Assembly: GCA_040260805.1 (NCBI GenBank)
Contig: JBDQPD010000051.1
Coordinates: 1-23,513, forward strand
Length of the DNA stretch: 23,513 bases
Direction: 5' to 3'
Source of the DNA: Myxococcota bacterium
GTDB lineage: Bacteria; Myxococcota; UBA4151
Every line of letters starts with the position of its first letter. The stretch's first letter is position 1. The notes beneath the pieces were generated by a model, which saw only the letters and a list, made by a program, of their open reading frames with translations, did not search any database and was not told where the DNA came from. Shown one piece after another: positions 6,937-17,324 of this stretch. The translations under genes were made by a program, and so were the position numbers.

Positions 6937-9609
6937 CTCTTCGTAGCGGTACGGCTTTGAGACAAAGCCGTTCATCCCGACACTCAAACAGATTTGCTGG
7001 TCCTCATCGCTCGCTTTCGCGGTCACTGCGATGATCGGAATTCGCTCGGTCTTGGAGATCGTAAGTCGCTCTTCAGCTGCGCGAATCATTTGGGTGGCAT
7101 CCAAGCCACCTAACCTGGGCATCATCAGATCCAGCAAGATCAGATCAAAGGGCGCTGCGCCGCCCGTGACCAAGTAGTCCTCGAGCTGGTCGATAGCCTC
7201 TTGACCGTCTTCCACGACGACAGGGCTGCAGCCGATGCGCTCGAGCAGTCCAGTAGCGACGAGTCGGTTCACCTCGTCATCGTCGGCAACCAGCACCCTT
7301 GCGTTGACCACGGGTGGGATCTCGGGATCCGATAGGTCCTGACGGCTCATCGCCATCGCCGTCGCGATCGGGACGGCAGCCTGCGTGACGACCGAGCCCG
7401 AATCCGCTTCAGCCAACGTGAGCGACCATACGACCTCTTCGCCGAGCACTTCAGCGTGGAGTTCGGCTTGCATACCTGCAGCAAGACTTTTGAGCACCGC
7501 TGGCTCCATGCCGGTCCAGCGTGATGCCCCCGCAGCGCCGGAGTAACTCGCCAGCGCAAAGATTTCTTCTTCCGCTTCTTCGGGCATCGGGCCGCCGGCG
7601 TCGAAAATCTGGCAGCGAGGTCGGCCTTGATCATCAGAATCAAGACGTACTCGAATCATCGCTCCAGGCAGCGCAAAGAATGTGCTCCGCGCAATCAGCG
7701 CGTCGATAATCTGTGTCACCCGAGTAGGGTCACCTTTACCCAAAGCCAGGGTTTCTTCTGGCGGTGCGTAGTCCAGTTGGATGTCGCTGCCGCGCAGGTG
7801 TCGAGTGTAACGCGTGGTCATGTGACGGACCATCTGCTCGAAATCGATCGGCTCAGATTCAAGCGGCAGACTTCCTGCCTCTAAATTGGCGTGATCGAGC
7901 AAAGAGTAGACGAGGTTGGTGAGCGTATCGTTGACGTTACGCAGCTGATCCACTCGGAGCGTCTCTCCGGTATCGGCCAGGAGCTCGGTCAACCCGACGG
8001 CCCCATTGAGCGGGTCACGCATCTCCGAACCAAAAGTGTTGATCAAGTCCATGAGCAGCGAGAAGCTTTGCATGGCTTGGGTGGCCTCAGTCGTCAGGCG
8101 ACTGCGCTCGCTCGCCAGATCCTCTTGGCTCTTTTCGATCACGGTTTGACGACCTGTTAGCTCATCCGCAAGCGACTCAATTTTAGCCTTCGCTTGGACC
8201 AATTCATCTCGCGCTAAACCAATTACAGACAGGGTGTCTCTAGCGTCGTTGTCCAGTTGGCCGCGCGTGACTTGCGCCAAAACCAACCCTGGACCGCCCT
8301 GCCGCCGCAAGGGGATCTCGCCCTCCCATCGACCCTCTTGAGCGATCGCTTGACCCATAGCGAGGAGTTGTTCGGGCTCAATTCCTAAGTCAAAGTCCGT
8401 GAGATGAGCCATCTTTAGATCGGCTGCTGTCGCGCCGAGGTAACTGCAGGTGGAGTCGCTCGCTTCGATCACTTCGCCGCTTAATTCGAGCCGACCCGTG
8501 AGCAGATGCTTGTCCGTGAATTCGGTGATTTGATCGATGGTGCTTTGCTCGAGGAATTCTTCTCGTGCGTCGCGCAGTTCTACCGCTCGTTGACTCCGGT
8601 GCGCAAGCGAAGAGACCCGAACGCTCAGGGTGCTCGGAGCCTCGTTTTGAAGCAGAATATTGACCCACTCACCGCTCGCTTGTCCAAGGGCTTGTTCGAG
8701 GCTGGCTTGGTCGAGTTCAAGGTCTTTGAACAGGTCGCGAAACGGTTGCCCTTGAGCACGCTCACCTGCCAGCTTTCTAAAACCTGGACTTGAAGCATAG
8801 ACCCCACCGTCGACCACGAGCCCGATCGGTTGCGATGAGCTGTCGGCTAGCGCTTGCAGGAAGCGAGGCCCTACAGGCGCTTGTTTGATCGCTGCGATAA
8901 GGTGCTCGAATCGGTTTTCAGGCGATTTGCCTTCGGCCGGTACTGAGATGAGTTTGGCTAAGGCATCAAGGTGCTCATGGAATTTACTCTGCCGTGTTTT
9001 AAGCCTGGTGAGTAAAACGCCGACCCAAAGCAAAGCGAACGCAGCGATCGCAGCCGACCCCAGAATCAAGCGCCAAAGCTGCTCGTCTTGGGTTAGCCGA
9101 GTGGCCTGCCATTCAGCTTCTACCTCGCGTTGAAGCTGATCACTCAAGCCCCTAAGGCTCTTGCGCACGGACAAGAATCGAGCGTTCCAGACCTCTTGGC
9201 GTATCTTTTGAGCTTCAGCTTGTCCCTCTTTGCCTAAAACCTTGATCAATTCACCGATCTGAGCACCGAGCGCGTCGAACTGAATCTCGATTCCATTGAG
9301 TCGAACCGGGTCTTTAGCGATCGCTTCTTTGAGCGGTTCAAGTCGAGTCCAGAGCGTACTGCGCTGGTCTTGCATCGCCAGAATCAGACGGGTTTGCGCC
9401 GCTGGATTTTTGTTGGTCAGAGGCGCTTCTACTCGGGCGTTTAAGTCGTCGAGGCTTCTCTCGAGCGCCCGCAAGTGAGCGATCCGATCCAGTCGGTTTT
9501 GGTTGGCTTGACGAATATTAGCGTCGGTCGCTCGCAGGTCCTTTAAAGTCAGATCACCCCAGACGAGAATTCCACAAATCACTAATATGAGTGAGATGAT
9601 TCGTCGCAA
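6904..9609 (-). CDS. Membrane-bound hybrid pseudo-histidine kinase (TM, helical extracytoplasmic domain, TM, PAS-like region, degenerate HisKA/HATPase, intact receiver)
   Basis: TTG start with GGAGG (complement at 9615-9619). Two hydrophobic segments (aa ~4-21 and ~179-200). H-box reads FGSEMRDPLNG with no His. Receiver is canonical: VLVADDD, LLDLMMP, VTA, SKP. Confidence 0.85.
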   Translation of the reverse strand: MRRIISLILVICGILVWGDLTLKDLRATDANIRQANQNRLDRIAHLRALERSLDDLNARVEAPLTNKNPAAQTRLILAMQDQRSTLWTRLEPLKEAIAKDPVRLNGIEIQFDALGAQIGELIKVLGKEGQAEAQKIRQEVWNARFLSVRKSLRGLSDQLQREVEAEWQATRLTQDEQLWRLILGSAAIAAFALLWVGVLLTRLKTRQSKFHEHLDALAKLISVPAEGKSPENRFEHLIAAIKQAPVGPRFLQALADSSSQPIGLVVDGGVYASSPGFRKLAGERAQGQPFRDLFKDLELDQASLEQALGQASGEWVNILLQNEAPSTLSVRVSSLAHRSQRAVELRDAREEFLEQSTIDQITEFTDKHLLTGRLELSGEVIEASDSTCSYLGATAADLKMAHLTDFDLGIEPEQLLAMGQAIAQEGRWEGEIPLRRQGGPGLVLAQVTRGQLDNDARDTLSVIGLARDELVQAKAKIESLADELTGRQTVIEKSQEDLASERSRLTTEATQAMQSFSLLMDLINTFGSEMRDPLNGAVGLTELLADTGETLRVDQLRNVNDTLTNLVYSLLDHANLEAGSLPLESEPIDFEQMVRHMTTRYTRHLRGSDIQLDYAPPEETLALGKGDPTRVTQIIDALIARSTFFALPGAMIRVRLDSDDQGRPRCQIFDAGGPMPEEAEEEIFALASYSGAAGASRWTGMEPAVLKSLAAGMQAELHAEVLGEEVVWSLTLAEADSGSVVTQAAVPIATAMAMSRQDLSDPEIPPVVNARVLVADDDEVNRLVATGLLERIGCSPVVVEDGQEAIDQLEDYLVTGGAAPFDLILLDLMMPRLGGLDATQMIRAAEERLTISKTERIPIIAVTAKASDEDQQICLSVGMNGFVSKPYRYEELQDLITQLIG

Positions 9610-9672
9610 CGCGTCCTCCGTCGAGTGGGGTTGTAGGCAAGCAAGCCAAGGCGCTCAAGGGTCATTGGCTGT

Positions 9673-9687
9673 CCTTGATCATCAAGG
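9673..9687. promoter_or_regulatory. Candidate operator: inverted repeat CCTTGAT-C-ATCAAGG in the divergent promoter region
   Basis: Perfect 7-bp arms with a 1-bp spacer, near the midpoint of the 9610-9755 intergenic region. Confidence 0.4.
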
Positions 9688-9755
9688 CAAGTAAACGTCG
9701 AATATTGGCGGGAAACGTAAGCCTCGTTAGGGTGGCAGCGAGCCGAGGAGTTCGT

Positions 9756-12005
9756 GTGTTTGATCGTTTAGGGTTAACAACCCGAATCACCTTATTACTC
9801 TCGCCACCATTTTTTGTGCTGGTGTTTGTTTTATTGAGCGGAAGCGATGGGTCACATCCCGCTGTTGTAGCGGGTACTGGAGCCAGTTTTCTGATCTCGG
9901 TCGCTTTGTCGGGATGGTTTGTTCGTTCGGTGGTTGCTGAACGCCGCGATGCACGGCGTCTAGCGCAAGCGCTCCGCAGCGCTCAAGACAACCTCACCTT
10001 AGCCGAGGTTAAATCGCAGCGTGACCGTGAACTGCAGCTCGGTTTTGAGGAGATGGAAGAAGCCTTGATCGGTGGCTTAGAAGTGGCGCCGCTCGCTGAA
10101 GCGGTGATCACGAGCCTGTGCCGTTATGTCGGCGCTCCGGTCGGGGCGATCTATCTGCGCTCATTGGTCTCAAACGGCGCTCCTCCTGTGTTTACACGCT
10201 CAGCAGGGTTCGCCTTGGATGATCTGAACAAAGCAACGCATTACGAGCTCGGGCAAGGCTTGGTCGGTCAGGTCGCTAAGACCGGACAGCCTATGGAGAT
10301 TTTGTCGCCGCCCGAAGCACCCTTGGTGGTCGATGACGGGTTGCGCCGTCGTCGCCGTCCGAATGTTTTAGCCCTTTACCCTCTAGGCGACACCGATCAG
10401 GTGATTGGTGTGATTTGTTTAGGGCTTCAAGAAGGCCTCAAAGGCGGCAAGCGCCGCTTTACTGAGCGGATCTTAAGATCGGTAGCGATGGCCTTTCAAG
10501 CGGCGATGGCGCGTCAAGCAGCCGAAGCGACGCTCAAGGACTTCAAGGATCTTGCGAGTCGATTGCAGCATCAACAAGAGGTGATGCAGAGCACCAACCA
10601 GCGCTTAGAAGAGCAGGCGATTGAGCTCGAGCGAGCCCATCAAGAAGCTGAGGTTCGAAACGCTGACTTACGCAAGGCCGAGTCGGAAGCAGCCCTGCGC
10701 GCTGATGAGGCGAGTCGCGCCAACGAGTACAAGTCAGAGTTTCTCGCCAACATGAGTCATGAGCTTAGAACGCCGCTCAACTCGATCATTCTCTTGTCCA
10801 AGTTGCTCTCCGAGGGCCGCAGCGGCGTTTTATCCGATGAGCAGAGTAAGCAAGCCAGCGTGATCAACCAAGCTGGTGGCGATTTACTCAGCCTGATCAA
10901 TGATATTCTGGATCTATCGAAGATTGAAGCCGGGCGGATGAGCATGGTGCTTGAATCCACATCACTGCATCGTCTGCTCGCCGATGCACAGTCGCTGTTC
11001 GCCCCTCTAGCGGAGCGCAAGCAGGTGGCTTTGAACCTCAGAGTCGAGTCCAATGTGCCCGATCAAGTGGTGACCGACCCTGACCGGCTCAAGCAGATCC
11101 TCAGAAACTTCTTATCCAATGCGGTCAAGTTTGTAGACAGCGGTCAGGTCGAGATTTTTGCTAGCCTTCCGACCCAAGCCCACTGGAGCGTCTTTCGGTC
11201 TGGTGATTTGAGCGCGGCGGTCGTTGAGGCTCAGCCGAGTGGTTATCTAGTGGTGGGCGTTAGCGACACCGGGATCGGGATCCCCGAAGACCGTCAGTTG
11301 GCGATTTTCGAAGCATTTCGCCAGGCCGATGGAACCACCTCGAGACGATACGGCGGGACCGGTTTGGGCTTGAATATTGTGACCAAGCTCGCCGATCTTT
11401 TGGGGGGCTCGGTTGGCATGTCGAGTACCCCGGGAGAGGGCTCGTGTTTCTTTGTCGTGTTGCCGCTTCGCAACGAGTCTGAAGCCGCTCAAGTCAAAGC
11501 CGAATCGTCGCTCCGAGCGCTACCTGTTCAGGTGAGCGCACTTGAGCCTGAGCTCAGTTTAGCAGGCGAGCGCAGTGGGATTGTGGTTTCTGATCGGTTC
11601 GAGTTACCTCAAAATATGGGCAAAGGGCGCAGGCTATTGCTGGTCGATGACGACGTCCGAAATACGTACGCTTTGACCATCGCTCTGGAATCTGAAGGGT
11701 TCGAGATTGTCACCGCAGCCAATGGTGTCGATGCCCTCGAAGTTCTTGACCAAGCGCTTAGTTTTGACGCTGTTTTGATGGATATTATGATGCCTGAAAT
11801 GGATGGCTACGAGGCGATGCGTCGCTTGCGCGCTGACGGTCGCTTCGACCAGTTGCCAGTGATCGCGCTCACGGCTCGGACCCAAGAAGACGACCGCCAA
11901 GCTTGCTTTGAGGCGGGCGCCACCGAGTATCTGACCAAACCGATTGATCATCACCTGTTGATGGAGCGCTTAGAGCAGCTAATTCGGGCTAAGGAGACGC
12001 CTTGA
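9756..12005 (+). CDS. Hybrid sensor histidine kinase (2 TM, GAF, coiled coil, HisKA, HATPase, REC)
   Basis: FLANMSHELRTPLN (His at 10758-10760), NFLSNAVKF, DTGIGI, FEAFRQAD, GGTGLGL, and receiver LLVDDD...MDIMMPEMDG...KP. GAGGAG at 9745-9750 supports GTG 9756. Confidence 0.92.
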   Translation: MFDRLGLTTRITLLLSPPFFVLVFVLLSGSDGSHPAVVAGTGASFLISVALSGWFVRSVVAERRDARRLAQALRSAQDNLTLAEVKSQRDRELQLGFEEMEEALIGGLEVAPLAEAVITSLCRYVGAPVGAIYLRSLVSNGAPPVFTRSAGFALDDLNKATHYELGQGLVGQVAKTGQPMEILSPPEAPLVVDDGLRRRRRPNVLALYPLGDTDQVIGVICLGLQEGLKGGKRRFTERILRSVAMAFQAAMARQAAEATLKDFKDLASRLQHQQEVMQSTNQRLEEQAIELERAHQEAEVRNADLRKAESEAALRADEASRANEYKSEFLANMSHELRTPLNSIILLSKLLSEGRSGVLSDEQSKQASVINQAGGDLLSLINDILDLSKIEAGRMSMVLESTSLHRLLADAQSLFAPLAERKQVALNLRVESNVPDQVVTDPDRLKQILRNFLSNAVKFVDSGQVEIFASLPTQAHWSVFRSGDLSAAVVEAQPSGYLVVGVSDTGIGIPEDRQLAIFEAFRQADGTTSRRYGGTGLGLNIVTKLADLLGGSVGMSSTPGEGSCFFVVLPLRNESEAAQVKAESSLRALPVQVSALEPELSLAGERSGIVVSDRFELPQNMGKGRRLLLVDDDVRNTYALTIALESEGFEIVTAANGVDALEVLDQALSFDAVLMDIMMPEMDGYEAMRRLRADGRFDQLPVIALTARTQEDDRQACFEAGATEYLTKPIDHHLLMERLEQLIRAKETP

Positions 12006-14374
12006 TAAGTGACAACTTTACGGTCCTTATTGCCGACGATAACCCCAACAATCTGTTCACATTAGAGACGCTGATTCACGCCCATATGCCGGCTCGAATT
12101 CTGCGCGCCGAGCATGGTGAAGAGGTCCTGGCGATTCTCCTAAAAGAGAAGGTCGACCTGATCATTCTCGACGTCCACATGCCGCGGATGGACGGTTTTG
12201 AATGTGCTAAGTTGATCCGCATGAGGCCTTCGGATCGCGACATCCCTATCTTGTTCTTAACCGCCTCGATGCGCTCGGATGAAGCGCGCGATCAAGGGTT
12301 GGATCTCGGCGCTGTCGACTACCTCCGAAAGCCCATCGATGATCGGATATTAATCAATAAACTCAAGGGTTTTAGGCAGCTCGTGACCCGAGAGCGCGTC
12401 GAGCAAGAGGTGCTGCATCAGCGGGTCCAGAAAACAAGCGAAGAGCTGGCAGATGCTCAAGAGCTGACGACCGAGGTCGTTGGCTCGATGGTGCGTGGGC
12501 TTCTGGTTGTCAGGGGCGACCAGGTGCTGTTGAGGAACCCTGCTTTCGATCAGCTGGTCGCCCAGGTTCCAATGGCTACACTCGACGGGCAGAGTCGAGC
12601 CCTCTTGAGTCATTTAGAGTGCTCAGATTTAGAGATTGATGATGCGCTGAACGGGCGTGGTTTTGCGGCACGAGAGCGGACATGGTCTCCGACTCGGATT
12701 GGCGAGCTCGCCAGTTGGTTGCGTCTCTCCGCGACGGCGCTTGATGATGGCCGCGTCATGGTCGTCGTCGAGGACATCACCGAGCGCAAAATTTTCGAGC
12801 AAACGCTGCGCGATGCGCTGAGCCAAGCCGAGTCTGCCAGTCGGGCAAAGACAGAATTCTTAGGCAATATGAGCCATGAGGTTCGAACCCCACTCAACGG
12901 GATTTTGGGGATCGCCCAGTTGCTTCGGCGCGGCGAAGTGTTGCCGAGTCAGGAGCGCTATTTCCGGCTGCTCGAGGAGTCGAGCCATCGACTGCTTCGG
13001 ATCGTCAATGATGTCTTGGATTTCGCCCAGGTCGAAGAGGGTCAGGTGCGTTTAGTTCATCAGTCCTTTGATCTTTGGCAACTGGTCGATGATTTGGTCG
13101 CCTTGCATCAGCCAGCAGCCGCTCAAAAGGGTCTGGAGCTGTCTCTTTATCGTGACCCTGCGCCGAACCCATTGGTGTTCGGAGATGAGCAACGTCTCAG
13201 TCAGGTGTTGGTCAACTTGATCAACAACGCGATGAAATTCACTGAAATGGGGCGAGTGCAGGTCGATTTGAGGGTGATCGAGACTTCCGAGCAAAACATG
13301 CAGGTTCGGCTGACCGTCTCGGATACGGGGATCGGTATACCTGAGCAGCAACTCGAAACACTCTTTGAGCGCTTCGCCCAAGGCGACGCATCCCGCACCA
13401 AACGCTTTGCGGGCACTGGGCTTGGTTTAGCGATTTGCAAAGCCTTAGTGGATGCGATGGGCGGGCGTCTTGAAGCTGCCTCTCAGCTCGATAAGGGTAC
13501 CAGCTTCACCCTTCATTTATCGCTTGATTTTGCGGAGTCGACTGCCCCTGAGCACGACCCGAAGAACGATGCTGCAGACCATTGGTCCGGCGCGCGAGTT
13601 TTGGTCGCGGAAGATGACCCGGTGAACCAGCTCGTGGTGCAAGCTATGCTGGAAAATCTTGGTATTTACGTCGAGATTGCAGGTCACGGAGCGGAGGCGG
13701 TTCGAGTTAGCGAAGCGGGCGATTTTGATCTGATCTTGATGGATCTGCACATGCCTCATTTGGATGGTTTGCAGGCGAGCGCAGCGATTCGCGCTCGCGG
13801 CGACCAAACCCCTATTATTGCGCTGACAGCGAACATTCTTCCGGACACTCCAGAGGAGTGCCAAGAGGCAGGTATGGATGGTTTTTTGTCGAAGCCGATG
13901 ACGCTCGAGGACCTTGAGCACCGCCTGCGTATCACGTTGGGCAAAGCGCCGGCTAAGATCGCCCCTGACCCCTCAAAACGTTCGGATCAAGCCGCCTACC
14001 ATCAACGAACGAAAACGCGACCGATCGATGCTCTGGATACCCGTCTGGATCAGTCCTTCATCGATCAACAAAGAGATCTGTTAGGGCCTGCATTTGGGGC
14101 GATGATCACCGCTTATCTCGAGGGCATGCGAAAGGGTGTGCTCGCGATGCGTGCTGCGTTAGCGTCTGGCGAGGTCCATGAGTTGCGAGGGCATGCTCAC
14201 AAGGCTAAAAGTTCGAGTCTGCAGATGGGTGCTGAGGGCATGGTTGAGCGCTGCAAAGAGTTGGAGATGGCGTGTCTTGATGAGACACCGATCGCTAGCT
14301 TGGGCGCTCAAATCGACCAAATTGCTAAAGCCTTTGAGCTGCTAAGACCCTTGATTGAGGCTCAGCGACCATGA
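12002..14374 (+). CDS. Soluble unorthodox hybrid histidine kinase (REC, PAS-like, HisKA, HATPase, REC, HPt)
   Basis: N-terminal REC (IADDN, LDVHMP, KP); [37 protein letters not shown]; second REC (AEDD, MDLHMP); HPt [13 protein letters not shown]. The TTG start overlaps the upstream stop, with AAGGAG at 11991. Confidence 0.92.
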   Translation: MISDNFTVLIADDNPNNLFTLETLIHAHMPARILRAEHGEEVLAILLKEKVDLIILDVHMPRMDGFECAKLIRMRPSDRDIPILFLTASMRSDEARDQGLDLGAVDYLRKPIDDRILINKLKGFRQLVTRERVEQEVLHQRVQKTSEELADAQELTTEVVGSMVRGLLVVRGDQVLLRNPAFDQLVAQVPMATLDGQSRALLSHLECSDLEIDDALNGRGFAARERTWSPTRIGELASWLRLSATALDDGRVMVVVEDITERKIFEQTLRDALSQAESASRAKTEFLGNMSHEVRTPLNGILGIAQLLRRGEVLPSQERYFRLLEESSHRLLRIVNDVLDFAQVEEGQVRLVHQSFDLWQLVDDLVALHQPAAAQKGLELSLYRDPAPNPLVFGDEQRLSQVLVNLINNAMKFTEMGRVQVDLRVIETSEQNMQVRLTVSDTGIGIPEQQLETLFERFAQGDASRTKRFAGTGLGLAICKALVDAMGGRLEAASQLDKGTSFTLHLSLDFAESTAPEHDPKNDAADHWSGARVLVAEDDPVNQLVVQAMLENLGIYVEIAGHGAEAVRVSEAGDFDLILMDLHMPHLDGLQASAAIRARGDQTPIIALTANILPDTPEECQEAGMDGFLSKPMTLEDLEHRLRITLGKAPAKIAPDPSKRSDQAAYHQRTKTRPIDALDTRLDQSFIDQQRDLLGPAFGAMITAYLEGMRKGVLAMRAALASGEVHELRGHAHKAKSSSLQMGAEGMVERCKELEMACLDETPIASLGAQIDQIAKAFELLRPLIEAQRP

Positions 14375-15060
14375 CCTTTTATCGGCTTCACGATAGCTAT
14401 CCGGGTTTCCCGGATCCTCGTGAGGCTGAGCCCAATGGTTTGCTCGCCATGGGCGGTGACCTATCACCAGAGCGCCTCTTGATCGCTTATTCGATGGGTA
14501 TCTTTCCATGGTATAATCCGGGCGATCCGATCCTTTGGCATTGCCCGGACCCAAGGATGGTGCTGTTGCCCGAAGATCTGCACATCAGCCGATCGCTTCG
14601 TCCGGTCTTAGCGCGCTGTCCTTGGACGATTCGCTTTGACACGGATTTCGCTCAGGTGATTCGAGCCTGCGCAGCGACCAAGCGACGAGGTCAAGAGGGA
14701 ACCTGGATCACCCCCGAGATGATCAAAGCCTATGAGCGCCTTTTTGAGCTCGGCTTTGCCCACTGCGTTGAGGTCTGGGACGGCGACGAATTGATCGGCG
14801 GGATCTATGGGGTGGCGCTGGGTCGAGCCTTCTTTGGTGAGTCGATGTTTTATCGCCGCGCCAACGCCTCTAAAATTGCGCTGGTGCATCTGGTTCGTCG
14901 GCTTGATGCGCAGGGCTATGAGCTCATCGATTGCCAACAACAAACAGAGCATACGGCGCGCTTTGGCGCAGCCCTGATGGGGCGCGCCGAGTTCTTGGAT
15001 GCGCTGAGCGAGGCGCTCTGCCATGAGACTCAGCGCGGCCGCTGGACAGCTGCCCCTTAG
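14371..15060 (+). CDS. aat: Leucyl/phenylalanyl-tRNA--protein transferase
   Basis: [56 protein letters not shown] and LIDCQ. Confidence 0.96.
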   Translation: MTFYRLHDSYPGFPDPREAEPNGLLAMGGDLSPERLLIAYSMGIFPWYNPGDPILWHCPDPRMVLLPEDLHISRSLRPVLARCPWTIRFDTDFAQVIRACAATKRRGQEGTWITPEMIKAYERLFELGFAHCVEVWDGDELIGGIYGVALGRAFFGESMFYRRANASKIALVHLVRRLDAQGYELIDCQQQTEHTARFGAALMGRAEFLDALSEALCHETQRGRWTAAP

Positions 15061-17324
15061 CCGACGTTTTCGGGCGTTCTTTTGGTCTCAGCGGTCATGC
15101 TCAAAGAGGGCTCGCCGTCGACTAAATCAACTTTGACTTTGCCGCCGCTTGCGAGCGAGCCAAAGAGCAATTCATCGGCGAGCGCTTTACGGATTTTCTC
15201 GTCGATCAGCCGGGTCATAGGACGAGCGCCGTAGGCGGGATCATAGCCATGTTGAGCGAACCAATCCCTGGCTGCATCCGTCAGGCTGATGGTGACGCCG
15301 CGTGGGCGCAGCTGAAGATCGAGTTCATCGACAAACTTATCGACGATCAAACTCATGACGGCTTCGGGTAGGGATCCAAAACGCACCAGCTGGTCGAGCC
15401 GATTTCGGAACTCCGGGCTGAAGGTCTTCTCCACCGTCGCAAGGGCTTTGCCCGCGTTGGCATCAGACCGGGCTCCAAAGCCGATCGCTTGCTGATCGGT
15501 CATCGAGCGCGCGCCGGCGTTCGTGGTCATGATCAAAATGCAGTTTCTAAAGTCTGCGCGGCGTCCGTTGTTGTCGGTGAGCTGTCCGCTGTCCATGACC
15601 TGAAGTAGGATGTTGAACAGATCCGGATGAGCCTTCTCGATCTCGTCTAAGAGAACCACCGATCTCGGATTTTTAATCACCTCTTCAGTCAGCAAGCCTC
15701 CTTGGTCGAAGCCGACATAGCCCGGCGGCGCGCCGATGAGCCGGCTGACGGCGTGGCGCTCCATGTACTCACTCATATCGTAGCGCAGCAGCCCCATGCC
15801 GAGGCAGTCTGCTAGCGCTTTGGCAAGCTCGGTTTTGCCGACACCGGTAGGCCCCCAAAAGAGAAACGAGCCGGTTGTTTTGTCGGCGGGCCGAAGCCCT
15901 GCGCGCGCCCTCTTAACCGAGTCGACCACGGCGTCGATCGCGTCCGGTTGCCCAAAGACCCGCAAGCCGAGATCTCGTCCGAGGTGGCGGATGCTCTCGC
16001 GCTCGTCGCCAGCAATCTTGCGGGTGGGGATCTTGGTCATCGCCGAGAGCGTCGTCTCGATATCGTGAACGCTGATCCGTTTGCGAGCCGGCTTAGCGAG
16101 GCGCGCCGCAGCCCCGGCCTCATCGAGGACATCGATGGCTTTGTCGGGGAGGTAGCGACCATGAAGATACTTAGCCGAGAGCTCGACCGCAGACTGAACC
16201 GCCCTTTTGGAGTATTTCACGCTGTGGTGCTTCTCTAAGTTGGGCTGCTGACCTTGAATGAGAATTCGAACCGTCTCTTCATGACTCGGCTCACACACTT
16301 CAACGATCTGAAAGCGTCTCGCCAGCGCGGTGTCCTTTTCAAAGTGCGCACGGTAGTCTTTCCAGGTCGTCGCGCCAATGCATTGCAGTCGCCCTGAGGA
16401 TAAAAGAGGTTTGAGCAGATTCCCTGCGTCCATCGCTCCGCCTTGGACAGCCCCTGCGCCCACCAAGGTGTGCACCTCATCGATGCATAAAATAGGGTGG
16501 CTGAGCTTGCGCAGGGCTTCGATCACTGATTTGAGACGCGCCTCAAAGTCACCGCGGTAACGGGTTCCTGCTGTCAGGCTAGCTAAATCGAGGGAGAAGA
16601 GCTCGGCATCTTCGAGCAGCTCAGGAACATCGCCGGTCGTAATGCGCAGCGCTAACCCCTCCGCGATCGCAGTTTTCCCAACCCCTGACTCGCCCAACAA
16701 CAGGGGGTTGTTTTTGCGCCGCCGCGACAAGATCCGAAGCATCCGTTCGACCTCTTTATCGCGCCCGACTAAGGGGTCGATCTCTCCGGCGAGTGCGCGC
16801 TCGTTGAGGTTCGAGCAGTAGGCACCGAGAGGGTCCGACGAACCGGTCGACTCCGAGGTCTCTACGCCGCCTTGCTGTGAGCTGATGGTCAGCTCTGATG
16901 AGCCGCGCTCGGCGATCGCTTGCTGCACCACAAATTCGTCAAGACCTTGCTCCTCAAGAAGCCATGACGCCTCGCAGTCTTCTTCGCGAAAGAAAGCGAT
17001 CAGCACGTGGGAGCACTCGACCGTTTCTTTACCTGCGCTTTGCGCCTGCAAGACCGCTCGCTGCAAGATGCGCTGAAACCCTTGGCTCTGGATCACTTGC
17101 TGTTGTGGCTCGCCGCGTAAGCTCTCTTCATGGTTCAAGAAGTCATCGAGGTGCGTTTTCATCGCCTCGACATCGGCATGGCAACGGCGCAGCAGATCAG
17201 CGGCCGCCGGGTCATGCATGAGCGCAAAAAGTAGATGCTCAGGCGTCACGTAAACATGAGCCCTGCCCAAGCTTTCCGTTCCTGCGAGTTCGAGCACTAC
17301 GCTCAGATCATTAGCCAGTTTCAT
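15057..17324 (-). CDS. clpA: ATP-dependent Clp protease ATP-binding subunit ClpA
   Basis: Clp N-domain and two AAA+ modules ([13 protein letters not shown] and [15 protein letters not shown]), no middle domain, IGF ClpP-docking loop, 755 aa, directly downstream of clpS. Confidence 0.96.
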   Translation of the reverse strand: MKLANDLSVVLELAGTESLGRAHVYVTPEHLLFALMHDPAAADLLRRCHADVEAMKTHLDDFLNHEESLRGEPQQQVIQSQGFQRILQRAVLQAQSAGKETVECSHVLIAFFREEDCEASWLLEEQGLDEFVVQQAIAERGSSELTISSQQGGVETSESTGSSDPLGAYCSNLNERALAGEIDPLVGRDKEVERMLRILSRRRKNNPLLLGESGVGKTAIAEGLALRITTGDVPELLEDAELFSLDLASLTAGTRYRGDFEARLKSVIEALRKLSHPILCIDEVHTLVGAGAVQGGAMDAGNLLKPLLSSGRLQCIGATTWKDYRAHFEKDTALARRFQIVEVCEPSHEETVRILIQGQQPNLEKHHSVKYSKRAVQSAVELSAKYLHGRYLPDKAIDVLDEAGAAARLAKPARKRISVHDIETTLSAMTKIPTRKIAGDERESIRHLGRDLGLRVFGQPDAIDAVVDSVKRARAGLRPADKTTGSFLFWGPTGVGKTELAKALADCLGMGLLRYDMSEYMERHAVSRLIGAPPGYVGFDQGGLLTEEVIKNPRSVVLLDEIEKAHPDLFNILLQVMDSGQLTDNNGRRADFRNCILIMTTNAGARSMTDQQAIGFGARSDANAGKALATVEKTFSPEFRNRLDQLVRFGSLPEAVMSLIVDKFVDELDLQLRPRGVTISLTDAARDWFAQHGYDPAYGARPMTRLIDEKIRKALADELLFGSLASGGKVKVDLVDGEPSLSMTAETKRTPENVG

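Noticed and set aside
6904..9609. Pseudogene call for the degenerate kinase
   Set aside because: Uninterrupted 901-codon ORF with a good RBS, intact TM segments and a canonical receiver. The changes are concentrated in catalytic residues.
9675..9685. Canonical FNR box
   Set aside because: The half-sites TTGAT/ATCAA are separated by 1 bp rather than the required 4 bp.
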